64,000 nucleotides of DNA from Candidatus Marinacidobacterium sp. (GTDB lineage Bacteria; Acidobacteriota; Vicinamibacteria; Marinacidobacterales; Marinacidobacteraceae). Under the pieces are notes generated by a model, which was not told where the DNA came from, ran no database searches, and saw only the letters and a program-made list of their open reading frames with translations. Every line of letters starts with the position of its first letter. Positions within the stretch are counted from its first letter, which is position 1. Positions 37,489 to 46,631 of the stretch are shown in pieces. Location of the stretch: positions 1,888,001 to 1,952,000 of the forward strand of contig OZ242011.1 in NCBI GenBank assembly GCA_965204755.1. Direction: 5' to 3'. Made by a program: the position numbers and the translations under genes.

Positions 37489-38022
37489 CGTGTGGTGACC
37501 CCCTGCGCGATTGTGTGCTTGGTTCGCTTCGTCCGCCCCGGACGCCCGCAGCGAGAGAGGTGGAAGACGAGCCGTCGACGAGACGGACTCCGGAGCCGAA
37601 GAACACCCCTATCTTAGCCATCCGACGGAGCCATGAGTCCGGTCGTCCCCTCCTCGGCCCGTCCTCGTGGAACCCGCGGAGCCACGGTCGGACGGGCCCG
37701 TCGGCCCGGCCTGTTCCCCGCCGACCTGCTGCTGCGGCAGGCGCTGGTGGCCCGCCAGGACCGGCGGACGCGCGGGGCGCGGCTCTCGGAGGCGAGCCAG
37801 ACGCGGAGGAGGCCCGCCTGACCTTGGGGGTGCAACAAGGTGTTCGGCGCGCTCCGGGCCGAGGCGGGGCGGGACGGGGTGTGGCGGCGCGCCGCCTGGT
37901 GTCGGGCCCGGTGTTCGGCTGGTGGGCCGGCAACTGCCCCGGCGGGCCGCGCCGGTTCCACCCCCGCGCCGACTCCGCGAAGTCGCCTAACCCCCGACAC
38001 CCCCGCCGGACTTCGCCCGGTT

Positions 38023-38086
38023 TGTAGTGTGCCTACGAAACCAACTTCCCAACTGTCAATCACTTACAAAGCCAAACCGTCGAAGT
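38023..38086 (+). repeat. 64-bp AT-rich dispersed motif, copy B, ending 4 bp before the duplicated gene end
   Basis: TGTAGTGTGCCTACGAAACCAACTTCCCAACTGTCAATCACTTACAAAGCCAAACCGTCGAAGT; about 91% identical to reverse complement of 2564..2627. Confidence 0.9.
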
Positions 38087-38090
38087 CGAG

Positions 38091-38402
38091 ATCGGCGCCG
38101 CCTTCGCCTCCGGCGTCCCCGTCGCCTTCGGCTCCGAAACGATCTTCCCCCACGCCACCGCCGCCCGCGAGTTCGCCGTCATGGTCGGCCTCGGCCTCTC
38201 CCCGGAAAACGCCCTCCGCTCCGCCACCACCGTAGCCGCCCGCGCGCTCGGCCTCGAAGACGAAATCGGCCGCCTCGCCCCCGGCTACGCCGCCGACCTC
38301 ATCGCCGTCGCCGACAACCCCTTGGAGGACATCCGCACGATGGAACGAGTCCTCTTCGTAATGCGCTCCGGCCGCGTCGTGAAGGGGCCGCCTGCTCGGT
38401 GA
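38091..38402 (+). pseudogene. Duplicated 3' fragment of the amidohydrolase gene (direct repeat copy 2, 38091..38383)
   Basis: Same reading frame as the amidohydrolase C-terminus, ends ...VVKGPPAR*; no 5' part. Confidence 0.9.
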
Positions 38403-38567
38403 ATGTTGCCGGACTTTCCGGACGCAGTGTGGACGGCGGCGGAGCCGTGAATTCCGCCACCGGCATCGCGTATTCTTCCGCTTCACGCTCTTTGCGAACG
38501 CCCTCGCTCGCATCGCCGGTCATCTGGTGGATGGCGAAGGCACGAGCCCGAACTACCAGAGAGGAAC

Positions 38568-38993
38568 ATGACCTTCGAGACACTTGTGAACCTCGTGATT
38601 GCGATCGCGGTCGTCCAGATCGGTTGGTTGATTTGGTTCACGATCAGCATCACTGAAATGCGCCGATCTCTTCGGACGCTGAGTCATCACGCGATCACAC
38701 GAGAGTTCCGTATCGAGCGGGTCGATCAAGAACAGTTCCGCCTGTTGAACGCTTCGACACCTACTATGTGTGGCGGTTGTAGCCGCGTGCTGGATGATTG
38801 GGTCAGCGAGAAGGAGCAGGTGGTTCGCGCCGTGGCGTATGTTCGGCGTCACGGGATTCCCGCTCGGCTTTGCCTCGAATGTGCGGAGAAAGAACACCGT
38901 GATGTTCTGCGAGAGTGGGATCGGGAGACCGAAGAGGCGGCCGTCGCGAAGTTGCTCGAGGAGTCCGGAATCGGGAAGCGCGACGATTCTTGA
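38568..38993 (+). CDS. Hypothetical protein: N-terminal TM helix + CxxC...CxxC zinc-ribbon-like domain
   Basis: GAGGA RBS; hydrophobic residues 5-27; CGGC and CLEC; low GC. Confidence 0.6.
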   Translation: MTFETLVNLVIAIAVVQIGWLIWFTISITEMRRSLRTLSHHAITREFRIERVDQEQFRLLNASTPTMCGGCSRVLDDWVSEKEQVVRAVAYVRRHGIPARLCLECAEKEHRDVLREWDRETEEAAVAKLLEESGIGKRDDS

Positions 38994-39048
38994 TTTCGAC
39001 GGTTCGAGCAGTGCGGCCCGTGACTCGGGACGCCGAACCGAGTACGGC

Positions 39049-40203
39049 TCAGCGCCGCGCGAATTCCCGGGGCAGGCGGTCGACGCCCCGCGGGGCGGTC
39101 GTCGGCTCGATGATTTCGGCGAGGCTCAGGCCGGCGTCCAACTCCGCTTGGATATCCGGGAGGTCGCTTCCCAGCCGGACCTCCGTCCCTTCCGGGCCGG
39201 GGCTCAGGACGACGACTTCGTCCTTGCCGAGCCCCTCGTCCTCGAGCAGTTCGCGGGAATGCGAGGTCAGGATCACCTGCGGCCCGCCGTGGAACCGCAT
39301 CCGGCTGAGAATCGTCGGCAACAGGCGGACGAGCGACGGGTGGAGATTCGCTTCCGGTGTCTCCATGAGCAGCGGCCCATGCGACTCCCTTCCTTCCAAT
39401 AGCGCCCAGAGGAGTTCGATCAGGCGGAGAGTCCCGTCGGAAAGGTCGCGCTCGGTGTGTCGAGCATCCTCGGCGCGCCAGTGTTCGTACCGGACTCGCA
39501 GGCGACGCCGGCCGACTTCGTCCGTCCCGAGTTCCACTCTCTCGAGTTGTGGAATCGCGATCCCGAGCGCTCGACCGAGACGGCGCAGCCGCGCGGCGCG
39601 GATCCGTTCCGGCGTCCGCGCCATCCGCTGCAGGAAGTCCGCCCGGTCGGAATCGTCGGTCGGGGCCTCCGTTCGTTGCGGGCTGCGGAACCGCCGCGGG
39701 GCCGGATCGAGATACCGGATGGAACGAAAGAACGCCCCGACTTCCCGAAACTCCCGATTCTGGTTGACCTGCTCGAGGGCGGTCTGCGTCATCCCCTCCC
39801 GATCGGATCGGTCCTCCGGGGTGGGTCGCGAAAGGACCTCGCGTCCGTCCAGAGTGACGGACTCGCGCACCACGACCGGACGCCGCCGCCCGCGCGGTTC
39901 GACGCCGAAAGCGAGTTCGTAGGCCGCGGAGCCGCCGCCGTCGCCGAGTTCCGCCCGGATCGTCGAGGGGACGCGGGCGGAGCCGGGGGCGGCGAGACAG
40001 CGCCGCCGGGACGGGCCGCCGCGGTAGCGGACGGCTGCCTGGAACCCGCCGGGCGAGGCGACCTGCCGGAGGAAGCGGAGGGCTTCCAACAGGTTGGACT
40101 TCCCGACCCCGTTCGGCCCCACGACGACCATCCGCTCCTGCAGGGGGAAGTCCGCCCGGCGGAAGTTCATCCAATTCTTCAGCGTGAGACGGGAGAGGCG
40201 CAC
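39049..40203 (-). CDS. AAA_21 / ABC-type (SMC/RecF-like) ATPase
   Basis: LTLKNWMNF, GPNGVGKSN, LSDGTLR, METPEANLHP and QVILTSHS. Confidence 0.88.
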   Translation of the reverse strand: MRLSRLTLKNWMNFRRADFPLQERMVVVGPNGVGKSNLLEALRFLRQVASPGGFQAAVRYRGGPSRRRCLAAPGSARVPSTIRAELGDGGGSAAYELAFGVEPRGRRRPVVVRESVTLDGREVLSRPTPEDRSDREGMTQTALEQVNQNREFREVGAFFRSIRYLDPAPRRFRSPQRTEAPTDDSDRADFLQRMARTPERIRAARLRRLGRALGIAIPQLERVELGTDEVGRRRLRVRYEHWRAEDARHTERDLSDGTLRLIELLWALLEGRESHGPLLMETPEANLHPSLVRLLPTILSRMRFHGGPQVILTSHSRELLEDEGLGKDEVVVLSPGPEGTEVRLGSDLPDIQAELDAGLSLAEIIEPTTAPRGVDRLPREFARR

Positions 40204-40365
40204 GCTCCGGAGCCTACGCCGCCGGGGGGCCACCCGCCATCGGCTTGCCGGCCCCGCCTCGGCCCCGTCGCGCGCCCGGTCCGGCGCCCCGGACAAGCGG
40301 TTGCGGCGGCGGAGGCGGGTCTCGTACACTCGGTTCCCCCTACTCGCTGACAGCAAGGAGCCCAC

Positions 40366-43263
40366 ATGCGCAACCGACTTACCCTCGCGGCCTTCGGGGC
40401 CGCGCTCGCTTTTGCCCTGCCCGCCGCGAGTCCGGCGGCCGCCCAGGAACTCCGGGGGCGGCTGGTCGGCACCGTGAGCGACGCCACCGGGGCCGTCCTC
40501 CCCGGGGTGACGGTCATGGCGTCCAGCCCGGCGATGATCCAGGACCAGACCACGGTCACCGGCGGGCAGGGGACCTATGTGTTCCCCGCGCTGCCCACCG
40601 GGGTCTATTCGGTGACCTTCTCGCTCTCCGGGTTCGGCTCGGTCGTCCGGGAAGACATCCAGATGACCCTGAACACCACCCTCACGGTGAACGCCACGCT
40701 CAATGTGGGCGGGGTCGAGGAGGTCATCACGATCACCGGTGAAGCGCCGGTGGTGGATGTGAAGACCACCGCCACCGGCGTGAACTTCACCGAGGAACTC
40801 CTCGAAGACATCCCGAACGCCCGCGACATCTGGGCGGCCATGGCGCAGGCGCCCGGCTTCCAGATGGAGGGCTACGATGTGGGCGGCTCCCATACCGGCA
40901 CGCAGACCGGCTTCCAGGCCTTCGGCTTCGGCGACCAGCACCGGACGCTGCTCGAAGGCATCAATGTGACGGAGACCACCTCCGGCAACGCCGGCTACTT
41001 CGACTACGGGAGTTTCGAGGACTTCCAACTCGGCGGTTCGGGCAACATGGGCGAAACCCACGGCCTCGGCGCCTTCTTCAACCTCACGGTGAAGTCCGGC
41101 GGCGACCGCTTCAACGGCGACATCTATGTGGACTTCGAGAACGACAGCACGGTCGGCGACAATGTGCCGGATTCGCTCCGCACCGGCGGCGGCACCGTAG
41201 GGCCGTACAAGGCCGGCGGCGACGGCCTCCAGGCCGGGAACCCGATCACGCTGCAGAGCGACATCAATGTGGGAATCGGCGGCCCGATCTGGCCCGGCAA
41301 GGCGTGGTTCTACGCGGGCTACCGCCTGAACCACCAGGAGAAGTTGACGATCGGCAACCCCGACCCGGCGACGACCCAGTTGGGCAACTGGACGGGGAAG
41401 GCGACCTACCAGTTGTCCGATTCCAGCCAGTTGATCGGCTTCTTCAACCGGCGCTCCAAACTCCAGGCCGAGCGCGGACTCGGCGGCGATCGGCCGCTCG
41501 ACACGGCGTGGTATCAGGCATCCGTCAACAAGCCGATGAAGATCGAGTACACGAATGTGGTTTCCGACCAGGTGTTCCTCAACTTGCAGGTGAGCCACTG
41601 GATCAACCAGTTCCCGTTGTATCCGACCCAAACGAAGTCCGAAAGCGTGGAAGGCATTTCCGCGGGCCGTCGCGACCAAGGGACCGGCGACTACACGAAC
41701 GCCTACTCCTACTATCACTTCCGCAAGGTCACGAAGCCGCAGTTTTCGGGCAACCTGACCTACTTCGCCGATGATTTGGGCGGGCAGCACACTTTCAAGA
41801 TCGGCACGGAGGTCTACCGGGAGCGTCGGAGTTTCTTGCGCATGCAGCCCGAAGACATCTTCTATTGGGATCGGGACGGCGAAGTCGAGGATGTATCCAT
41901 CTACAACACGCCGAACACCGGCGTGAACGACATCTATCTCACTTCCGCCTATGCGCAGGATGCGTGGACGATCAACGACCGACTCACCCTGAACCTCGGC
42001 CTTCGCTTCGACCGCTACCGCATGGGATGGCCGGACCAGTCCATGTCCCCGACCCACTCCGACATCTTCGCTCCGCTCGAGGTGTCGCAGCGCGATGTCC
42101 TGACCTTCTCGAACATCGGGCCTCGGATCGGCGCCGCCTTCGACTTGACCGGTGAAGGAACGACCGTGCTGAAGTTGTTCGGCGGCCGGTTCTACTGGAA
42201 TCCCAGCACGACGATCGTCGACGACGAGAATCCCGTCGGCCAAGCCGCATTCCGCCACCGCTTCAATGACCTCAACGGCAACCGGATCTTGGATCCCGGG
42301 CCGAGCGGCGGCTTGGCGGACTCACCGGAACTGGGCGAAAAACTGAGCACCTCGGGCGGCGCCGGTTTCGTCACCGTGGACCCGAACCTGACGAACGCCT
42401 ACGGCCACGAAGCCTCGGCGCACTTCGAGCACCAGTTGGCGGACAACTTCTCCTTCCGCGCCTCCTATGTGCACAAGAACTCGCGCAACGGCTACGGCAT
42501 CGTGGACTTGGGCCGGGCGAACGCCTACAACATCCCGTTCACCTACGAAGACCGGGGCGCGGACAATGTGGCCGGTACCGGCGACGACCAGACGATCCAA
42601 CTCGTGGACCGTCCGTCGGGCGTCGATGAGAACCGGATGTATGTGAACCCCGGAGCGCACGGCTTGCCGGCGCCGGACGGGAACTACCACACCATCGAAG
42701 TGGCCCTGAACCGGCGTTTCTCCGACCGCTGGATGTTCCTGACCTCGTTCCTCCACACCTGGGCCAACGCCCACATGCGCACGACCGCCTCGACCAGCGT
42801 GCGCGCCGCCGCCCGTTTCGACTTCGTCGAGGGGACGACCTACGAGTGGCGGCCGAACCAGTCGCTCCGCCTCGGCGCCATCGACACGACCTACTGGAAC
42901 TACAAGATGGTCGGTCGCTACATCTTCCCGTGGGATGTGGGCGTCAGCGCGTCCTACAAACTGCAGAGCGGCTACCAGACGGCTCGCCGGATCAGCGTCC
43001 GGCTGCCGAACGCCGGCACGGAGCGCGTGATGGCCTCGCCGTACGACGAACGCGCCCCCAGCGTCGGCATCTTCGACATGCGCGCCGAGAAGGCGTTCAC
43101 GCTCCCGAAGGGCGTGAATGTGGCCCTGCTGTTCGACGGCTTCAACCTGCTCAACAGTTCGACGGTGCTCAACTACCGCACCATCTCGGGCGGCCGCTAC
43201 AACGAGATCGTCGCCATTCTCGACCCCCGCATCTTCCGCGTAGGCGTCCGGATCGAGTTCTGA
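40366..43263 (+). CDS. TonB-dependent receptor with carboxypeptidase-regulatory-like N-domain
   Basis: Signal peptide, GTVSDATGAVLPGVTV, YAQDAWTINDRLTLNLGLRFD, C-terminal RVGVRIEF; AAGGAG RBS. Confidence 0.93.
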   Translation: MRNRLTLAAFGAALAFALPAASPAAAQELRGRLVGTVSDATGAVLPGVTVMASSPAMIQDQTTVTGGQGTYVFPALPTGVYSVTFSLSGFGSVVREDIQMTLNTTLTVNATLNVGGVEEVITITGEAPVVDVKTTATGVNFTEELLEDIPNARDIWAAMAQAPGFQMEGYDVGGSHTGTQTGFQAFGFGDQHRTLLEGINVTETTSGNAGYFDYGSFEDFQLGGSGNMGETHGLGAFFNLTVKSGGDRFNGDIYVDFENDSTVGDNVPDSLRTGGGTVGPYKAGGDGLQAGNPITLQSDINVGIGGPIWPGKAWFYAGYRLNHQEKLTIGNPDPATTQLGNWTGKATYQLSDSSQLIGFFNRRSKLQAERGLGGDRPLDTAWYQASVNKPMKIEYTNVVSDQVFLNLQVSHWINQFPLYPTQTKSESVEGISAGRRDQGTGDYTNAYSYYHFRKVTKPQFSGNLTYFADDLGGQHTFKIGTEVYRERRSFLRMQPEDIFYWDRDGEVEDVSIYNTPNTGVNDIYLTSAYAQDAWTINDRLTLNLGLRFDRYRMGWPDQSMSPTHSDIFAPLEVSQRDVLTFSNIGPRIGAAFDLTGEGTTVLKLFGGRFYWNPSTTIVDDENPVGQAAFRHRFNDLNGNRILDPGPSGGLADSPELGEKLSTSGGAGFVTVDPNLTNAYGHEASAHFEHQLADNFSFRASYVHKNSRNGYGIVDLGRANAYNIPFTYEDRGADNVAGTGDDQTIQLVDRPSGVDENRMYVNPGAHGLPAPDGNYHTIEVALNRRFSDRWMFLTSFLHTWANAHMRTTASTSVRAAARFDFVEGTTYEWRPNQSLRLGAIDTTYWNYKMVGRYIFPWDVGVSASYKLQSGYQTARRISVRLPNAGTERVMASPYDERAPSVGIFDMRAEKAFTLPKGVNVALLFDGFNLLNSSTVLNYRTISGGRYNEIVAILDPRIFRVGVRIEF

Positions 43264-43301
43264 GTCCGAACGAAACGACCGTGTAGAACCCTACCCGGCG
43301 C

Positions 43302-43340
43302 GGGCGGCGCTCCCCACCGAGGGAGCGCCGCCCTTCGTGT
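43302..43340 (+). terminator. GC-rich stem-loop after the TonB receptor gene
   Basis: GGGCGGCGCTCCC-caccga-GGGAGCGCCGCCC perfect 13-bp stem with a weak U-tail. Confidence 0.65.
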
Positions 43341-43487
43341 GTACTCCGGGCTCCCCGGAAGTGGCCGCGCTGCGATGTCGTTGGCGACAGGATCGGTGCC
43401 TCCACCCTCGGTGATCCGGCTAAACTTCACCCGTCCGGGCCGCCTCGCGCGGCTTGGACACTACTTGGCCCGAAAGGAGGGCTGAAC

Positions 43488-43718
43488 ATGCTTGACCTGA
43501 AGAAACTCATCGAGGAGGCGATGTCTCTCGTTGCCGACCGGCACGCGCTCTCGCTGTACAGCAATGGTGACTTCGTGGTGTCGGGCGAAGTCCCGCCCGT
43601 CGTGGTGAGCGCCGACAAGCGATCGTCGTCCGCGGTCTCGATAACGGGACGAGGACAGACGCTTGAAGACGCGCTGACCGCGTTCATCAACCGCGCCGCT
43701 GCCAAGGAGGGCGAATAG
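43488..43718 (+). CDS. Hypothetical protein (76 aa)
   Basis: Strong AAAGGAGG RBS; first of three tightly packed low-GC ORFs. Confidence 0.6.
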   Translation: MLDLKKLIEEAMSLVADRHALSLYSNGDFVVSGEVPPVVVSADKRSSSAVSITGRGQTLEDALTAFINRAAAKEGE

Positions 43719-43720
43719 CC

Positions 43721-44029
43721 GTGGTTTCCATCTCACTGGACGCGATACCCGACGAAGTTCTGGGTGTCTCGTTAGAAGACCGGTCGATGGCGATGTACCT
43801 TTCGATCCATGTCGTGAAGAAGATTCTCGCTGCCGTACACGCGGAGAAAGCGGAAGTCGTGATCAACAAACCGAAAGGCGAAGCCTTTTATCGGTTCGTG
43901 CACGATGGCGATGTGCATGAGATCGAGATCGCGTCGCGCCACGAAATTGAGTCGTTGATGAAGAATCTCAATGTGACCTATCGTGATCTCTTGGATCACG
44001 AGAGTAATTCTGCGGCGGGTGTTGCATGA
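43721..44029 (+). CDS. Hypothetical protein (102 aa)
   Basis: AAGGAGG RBS inside upstream gene end; ATGA overlap with next ORF. Confidence 0.6.
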   Translation: MVSISLDAIPDEVLGVSLEDRSMAMYLSIHVVKKILAAVHAEKAEVVINKPKGEAFYRFVHDGDVHEIEIASRHEIESLMKNLNVTYRDLLDHESNSAAGVA

Positions 44030-44388
44030 CTGCCAAGAAGCCGGGGATTCACGGGTTGATTCTTCGAGACGGAGACCCATTGTGGTTGATCTTCCCCTCC
44101 ACTCGCCCGTCCGACCTTCGTCGGATTCTGATGGAACAGAAGGGCCAACAGGAAGCCGCTATCGAGATCGACAGTCGTGGCGGCAGCATTGATGCGGCAT
44201 GGGAGATGAAGAAGGTAATCGAGGAGTTTAGGGCGGAGACAGGTATGAGAATAGTGTCCCATACCCGCCTTGCCGTTGTAGCCGCCACGATCCCGATGCT
44301 GGCGTGCGATCATCGAATCATGTATCACGACGGCAAGATGTGTTTTGCTGGACCTCGTGTGCCGTTCGGACTCAGCGATCCGCTCTGA
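44026..44388 (+). CDS. Degenerate or truncated ClpP/SDH-fold protein
   Basis: IDSRGGSIDAA and AATIPMLACDHRIM resemble the ClpP/crotonase fold; usual catalytic Ser not seen. Confidence 0.5.
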   Translation: MTAKKPGIHGLILRDGDPLWLIFPSTRPSDLRRILMEQKGQQEAAIEIDSRGGSIDAAWEMKKVIEEFRAETGMRIVSHTRLAVVAATIPMLACDHRIMYHDGKMCFAGPRVPFGLSDPL

Positions 44389-44438
44389 TGCACGCCGACG
44401 CGGGCGAAATGGGCGGATCGCTCACGCCGCCCACCGGG

Positions 44439-45782
44439 TCATGGATGCGTGCGGGCGAGCCTGACCGGTACCGGCGACGCCCCGGCCTGCTCCGCCCCGA
44501 AGCGCGACAGCGAGAAGAACGGCTCCTTCTCCCGCTCCCCCAGCGCCTGCGCCGCGGTCATCTCCCCCAGCGACGGCCCCAACTTGTACCCGTGCCCCGA
44601 GCCCCCGCCCACGAGCCACGCGTTGTCCGCCTCCGGGTGCGTGTCCACGATCAGGTGGCCGTCGGCGCTCTGCTCGTACTGGCACACCCGCGCCTCCAAC
44701 AGCGGCGCGCCGCGCATCGCCGGGAACCGCCGCTCCATGTACTCCCGCCCGGCCCGGATCGCTTCCGGTGACGGTGTCCGGTCGCCGTTCGTGGGGTCGA
44801 ACGGCGCCCCCCGCGCGTCGTCCGCCACCTTGAACCCGCGGTAGTTGCTGCCGGGAATGCCGTAGAACAGGCTCTCCCCGCTCTCCACCCAAACCGGCAA
44901 CTCGGCCTCGGTGAGGTCCGTCCTCCCCGGCGGCGTCCCGAAGTAGAGGATCTCCTGCCGCGTCGGCTCCACCAGCGGCGGATCGAACCCCGGGAACAAC
45001 TCCGGCAGCCACGGCCCGGCGGCGAACACGAAGAGGTCCGCTTCGACCCGCTCCGCCCCTCCCACCCGCAACTCGCGCATCCGTCCCCCGCGCATCGCGC
45101 CGGGCGCCGCCTCCGCGGTGCGGAAGGTCCCGCCCTCCCGCGCGAACGCCTCGAGCACCCGCTGGCAGCCGCGCCGCGCGAGCAGGTAACCGGCGCCCTT
45201 CTCGTGGAGCGCGTAGGTGATCCCCTCCGGCGAAATCTGCGGGAACCGGCGGCCGACCTCCGGGCCGTCCAGTTCGTCGAAGTCGAGCCCGAGGTCGCGG
45301 AAGATCGGCGCGGCGTCCCGCGCGTAGTCGTCGTCCCCGCCGCTCATCCAGAGCGCGCCTGTGGGGAAGAGCAGCCGGTCGCTCCACCGCGCCTCGTTCT
45401 CCCGCCAGAGTTCGAGCGCCCGCACCACCATCTCGGTGTAGATCCGGAACGGCCCGTAGGTGGCGCGGATGACCCGCGTCTCGCCGCCGGAACTCGCCCG
45501 CGAATTCCCCGGCCCCCACGCGTCCACCAGCGTGACCTCCGCCCCGGCCCGCAGCAGGTGGAGCGCCGTCCACCCCCCGAACGCCCCGGCCCCGACCACC
45601 GCCGCCCGAACCCCCCGCCCGGCCTGCGCCCCCGGCGCCCCGAGCGGCGCCGCCTCAGCGCGGCGACGGCCCCCGCCGAGGAGCCCCGCCGCCGACCCGG
45701 CGGTAGCGATCCCGGCCGTAGCGAACGAAGTCGCCAGCACCCGCCGACGGGAGATGCGGTTGTTGTCTCGCGGTTCCATCAC
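44439..45782 (-). CDS. FAD-dependent oxidoreductase (monomeric sarcosine oxidase/SolA-like), Tat-exported
   Basis: SRRRVL Tat motif; VVGAGAFG, SSGGETRVIR, CQY and GGSGHGYK. Confidence 0.9.
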   Translation of the reverse strand: MMEPRDNNRISRRRVLATSFATAGIATAGSAAGLLGGGRRRAEAAPLGAPGAQAGRGVRAAVVGAGAFGGWTALHLLRAGAEVTLVDAWGPGNSRASSGGETRVIRATYGPFRIYTEMVVRALELWRENEARWSDRLLFPTGALWMSGGDDDYARDAAPIFRDLGLDFDELDGPEVGRRFPQISPEGITYALHEKGAGYLLARRGCQRVLEAFAREGGTFRTAEAAPGAMRGGRMRELRVGGAERVEADLFVFAAGPWLPELFPGFDPPLVEPTRQEILYFGTPPGRTDLTEAELPVWVESGESLFYGIPGSNYRGFKVADDARGAPFDPTNGDRTPSPEAIRAGREYMERRFPAMRGAPLLEARVCQYEQSADGHLIVDTHPEADNAWLVGGGSGHGYKLGPSLGEMTAAQALGEREKEPFFSLSRFGAEQAGASPVPVRLARTHP

Positions 45783-46057
45783 GGCCTCCTGCTCCTCTCT
45801 GCCCGCGGCCGACCGCCGACCGGGGAGTTATCGGATGATGGCCGATTCTACGGACGAACGCGCCTCGGAGCGGGGGAAAGCCGTCGCCGGCGAGCCCCCC
45901 GCCGCCGTCCCGTGGGGACGGGCGCCGCTGGCTATGGTTCGCTTCGGCGACGCGTCCCCCGATCCACCGTCGAGCGACCGGCCTCCGAGGAGACCCGGCG
46001 CGACGGCGCGATCCGACACCCGGCGGGGCGATTCACGCTCTCGAAGGAGATCCGACG

Positions 46058-46621
46058 ATGACCGACACCGAACTCGCCGCGGCCGTCACCTCTCTCGTGT
46101 CGCTGGCCGGGCTGCTCGTTCTTCTCCGCCTCTACCGGGACTACTCGGTGGACCGGTTCCGCGCGGAGATGTTCGCGCTCCGCGACGAGATGTTCGACTT
46201 CGCCGCCTCCGGAGGAATCGCCTTCTGGCGCCCCGCCTACGGAAGGCTCCGGCTGACGATGAACGGCTTCGCGCGCCGGGCGCCCCGGATGCGACTCATG
46301 GAGATCGTCCTCTTTCGGCTCCTTTCCCGACGCGACCGCGGCGGGATCGCCGAAATCGACGCGGCCTGGGAAAAGGCGCTCGACGGCCTGGACGACACCG
46401 CGCGGCGCCGACTGAACGACTTTCGAGGCCGTATGCGCCGAATCGTGATCGCCCACCTGCTGTTCCGCTCTCCCGCCGCCGTCGCCACGCTCATCGCCTC
46501 TCTGGCGACTCGGGCCGCCGGCGCGAGGTTCACCGACTTCGCGAGGGACCGGACGAAGGCGCTCCTGGCGAGTGCGGAAGCCGTAGCGTTCGAGTACGGA
46601 CAGACGCCGGCGACGGCCTGA
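46058..46621 (+). CDS. Hypothetical membrane-anchored protein
   Basis: GAAGGAG RBS; N-terminal TM helix; DRFRAEMFALRDEMFD...PAYG. Confidence 0.7.
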   Translation: MTDTELAAAVTSLVSLAGLLVLLRLYRDYSVDRFRAEMFALRDEMFDFAASGGIAFWRPAYGRLRLTMNGFARRAPRMRLMEIVLFRLLSRRDRGGIAEIDAAWEKALDGLDDTARRRLNDFRGRMRRIVIAHLLFRSPAAVATLIASLATRAAGARFTDFARDRTKALLASAEAVAFEYGQTPATA

Positions 46622-46631
46622 TCTCCGTCAC

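Larger units (their letters stand above)
34324..38090. mobile_element. Putative non-autonomous cargo insert (DUF2971 + Ubl/E2/JAB-E1)
   Basis: Bounded by 293-bp direct repeats, lower-GC cargo, terminal 64-bp motif; no recombinase inside. Confidence 0.6.

Noticed and set aside
2564-38086. 35.5-kb composite transposon bounded by the two inverted 64-bp motifs
   Set aside because: No matching target duplication outside both ends, no transposase, and the interior is mostly core-like genes. Independent dispersed copies are more parsimonious.
38181-38402. Independent 73-aa gene
   Set aside because: It is the duplicated 3' end of the amidohydrolase gene.
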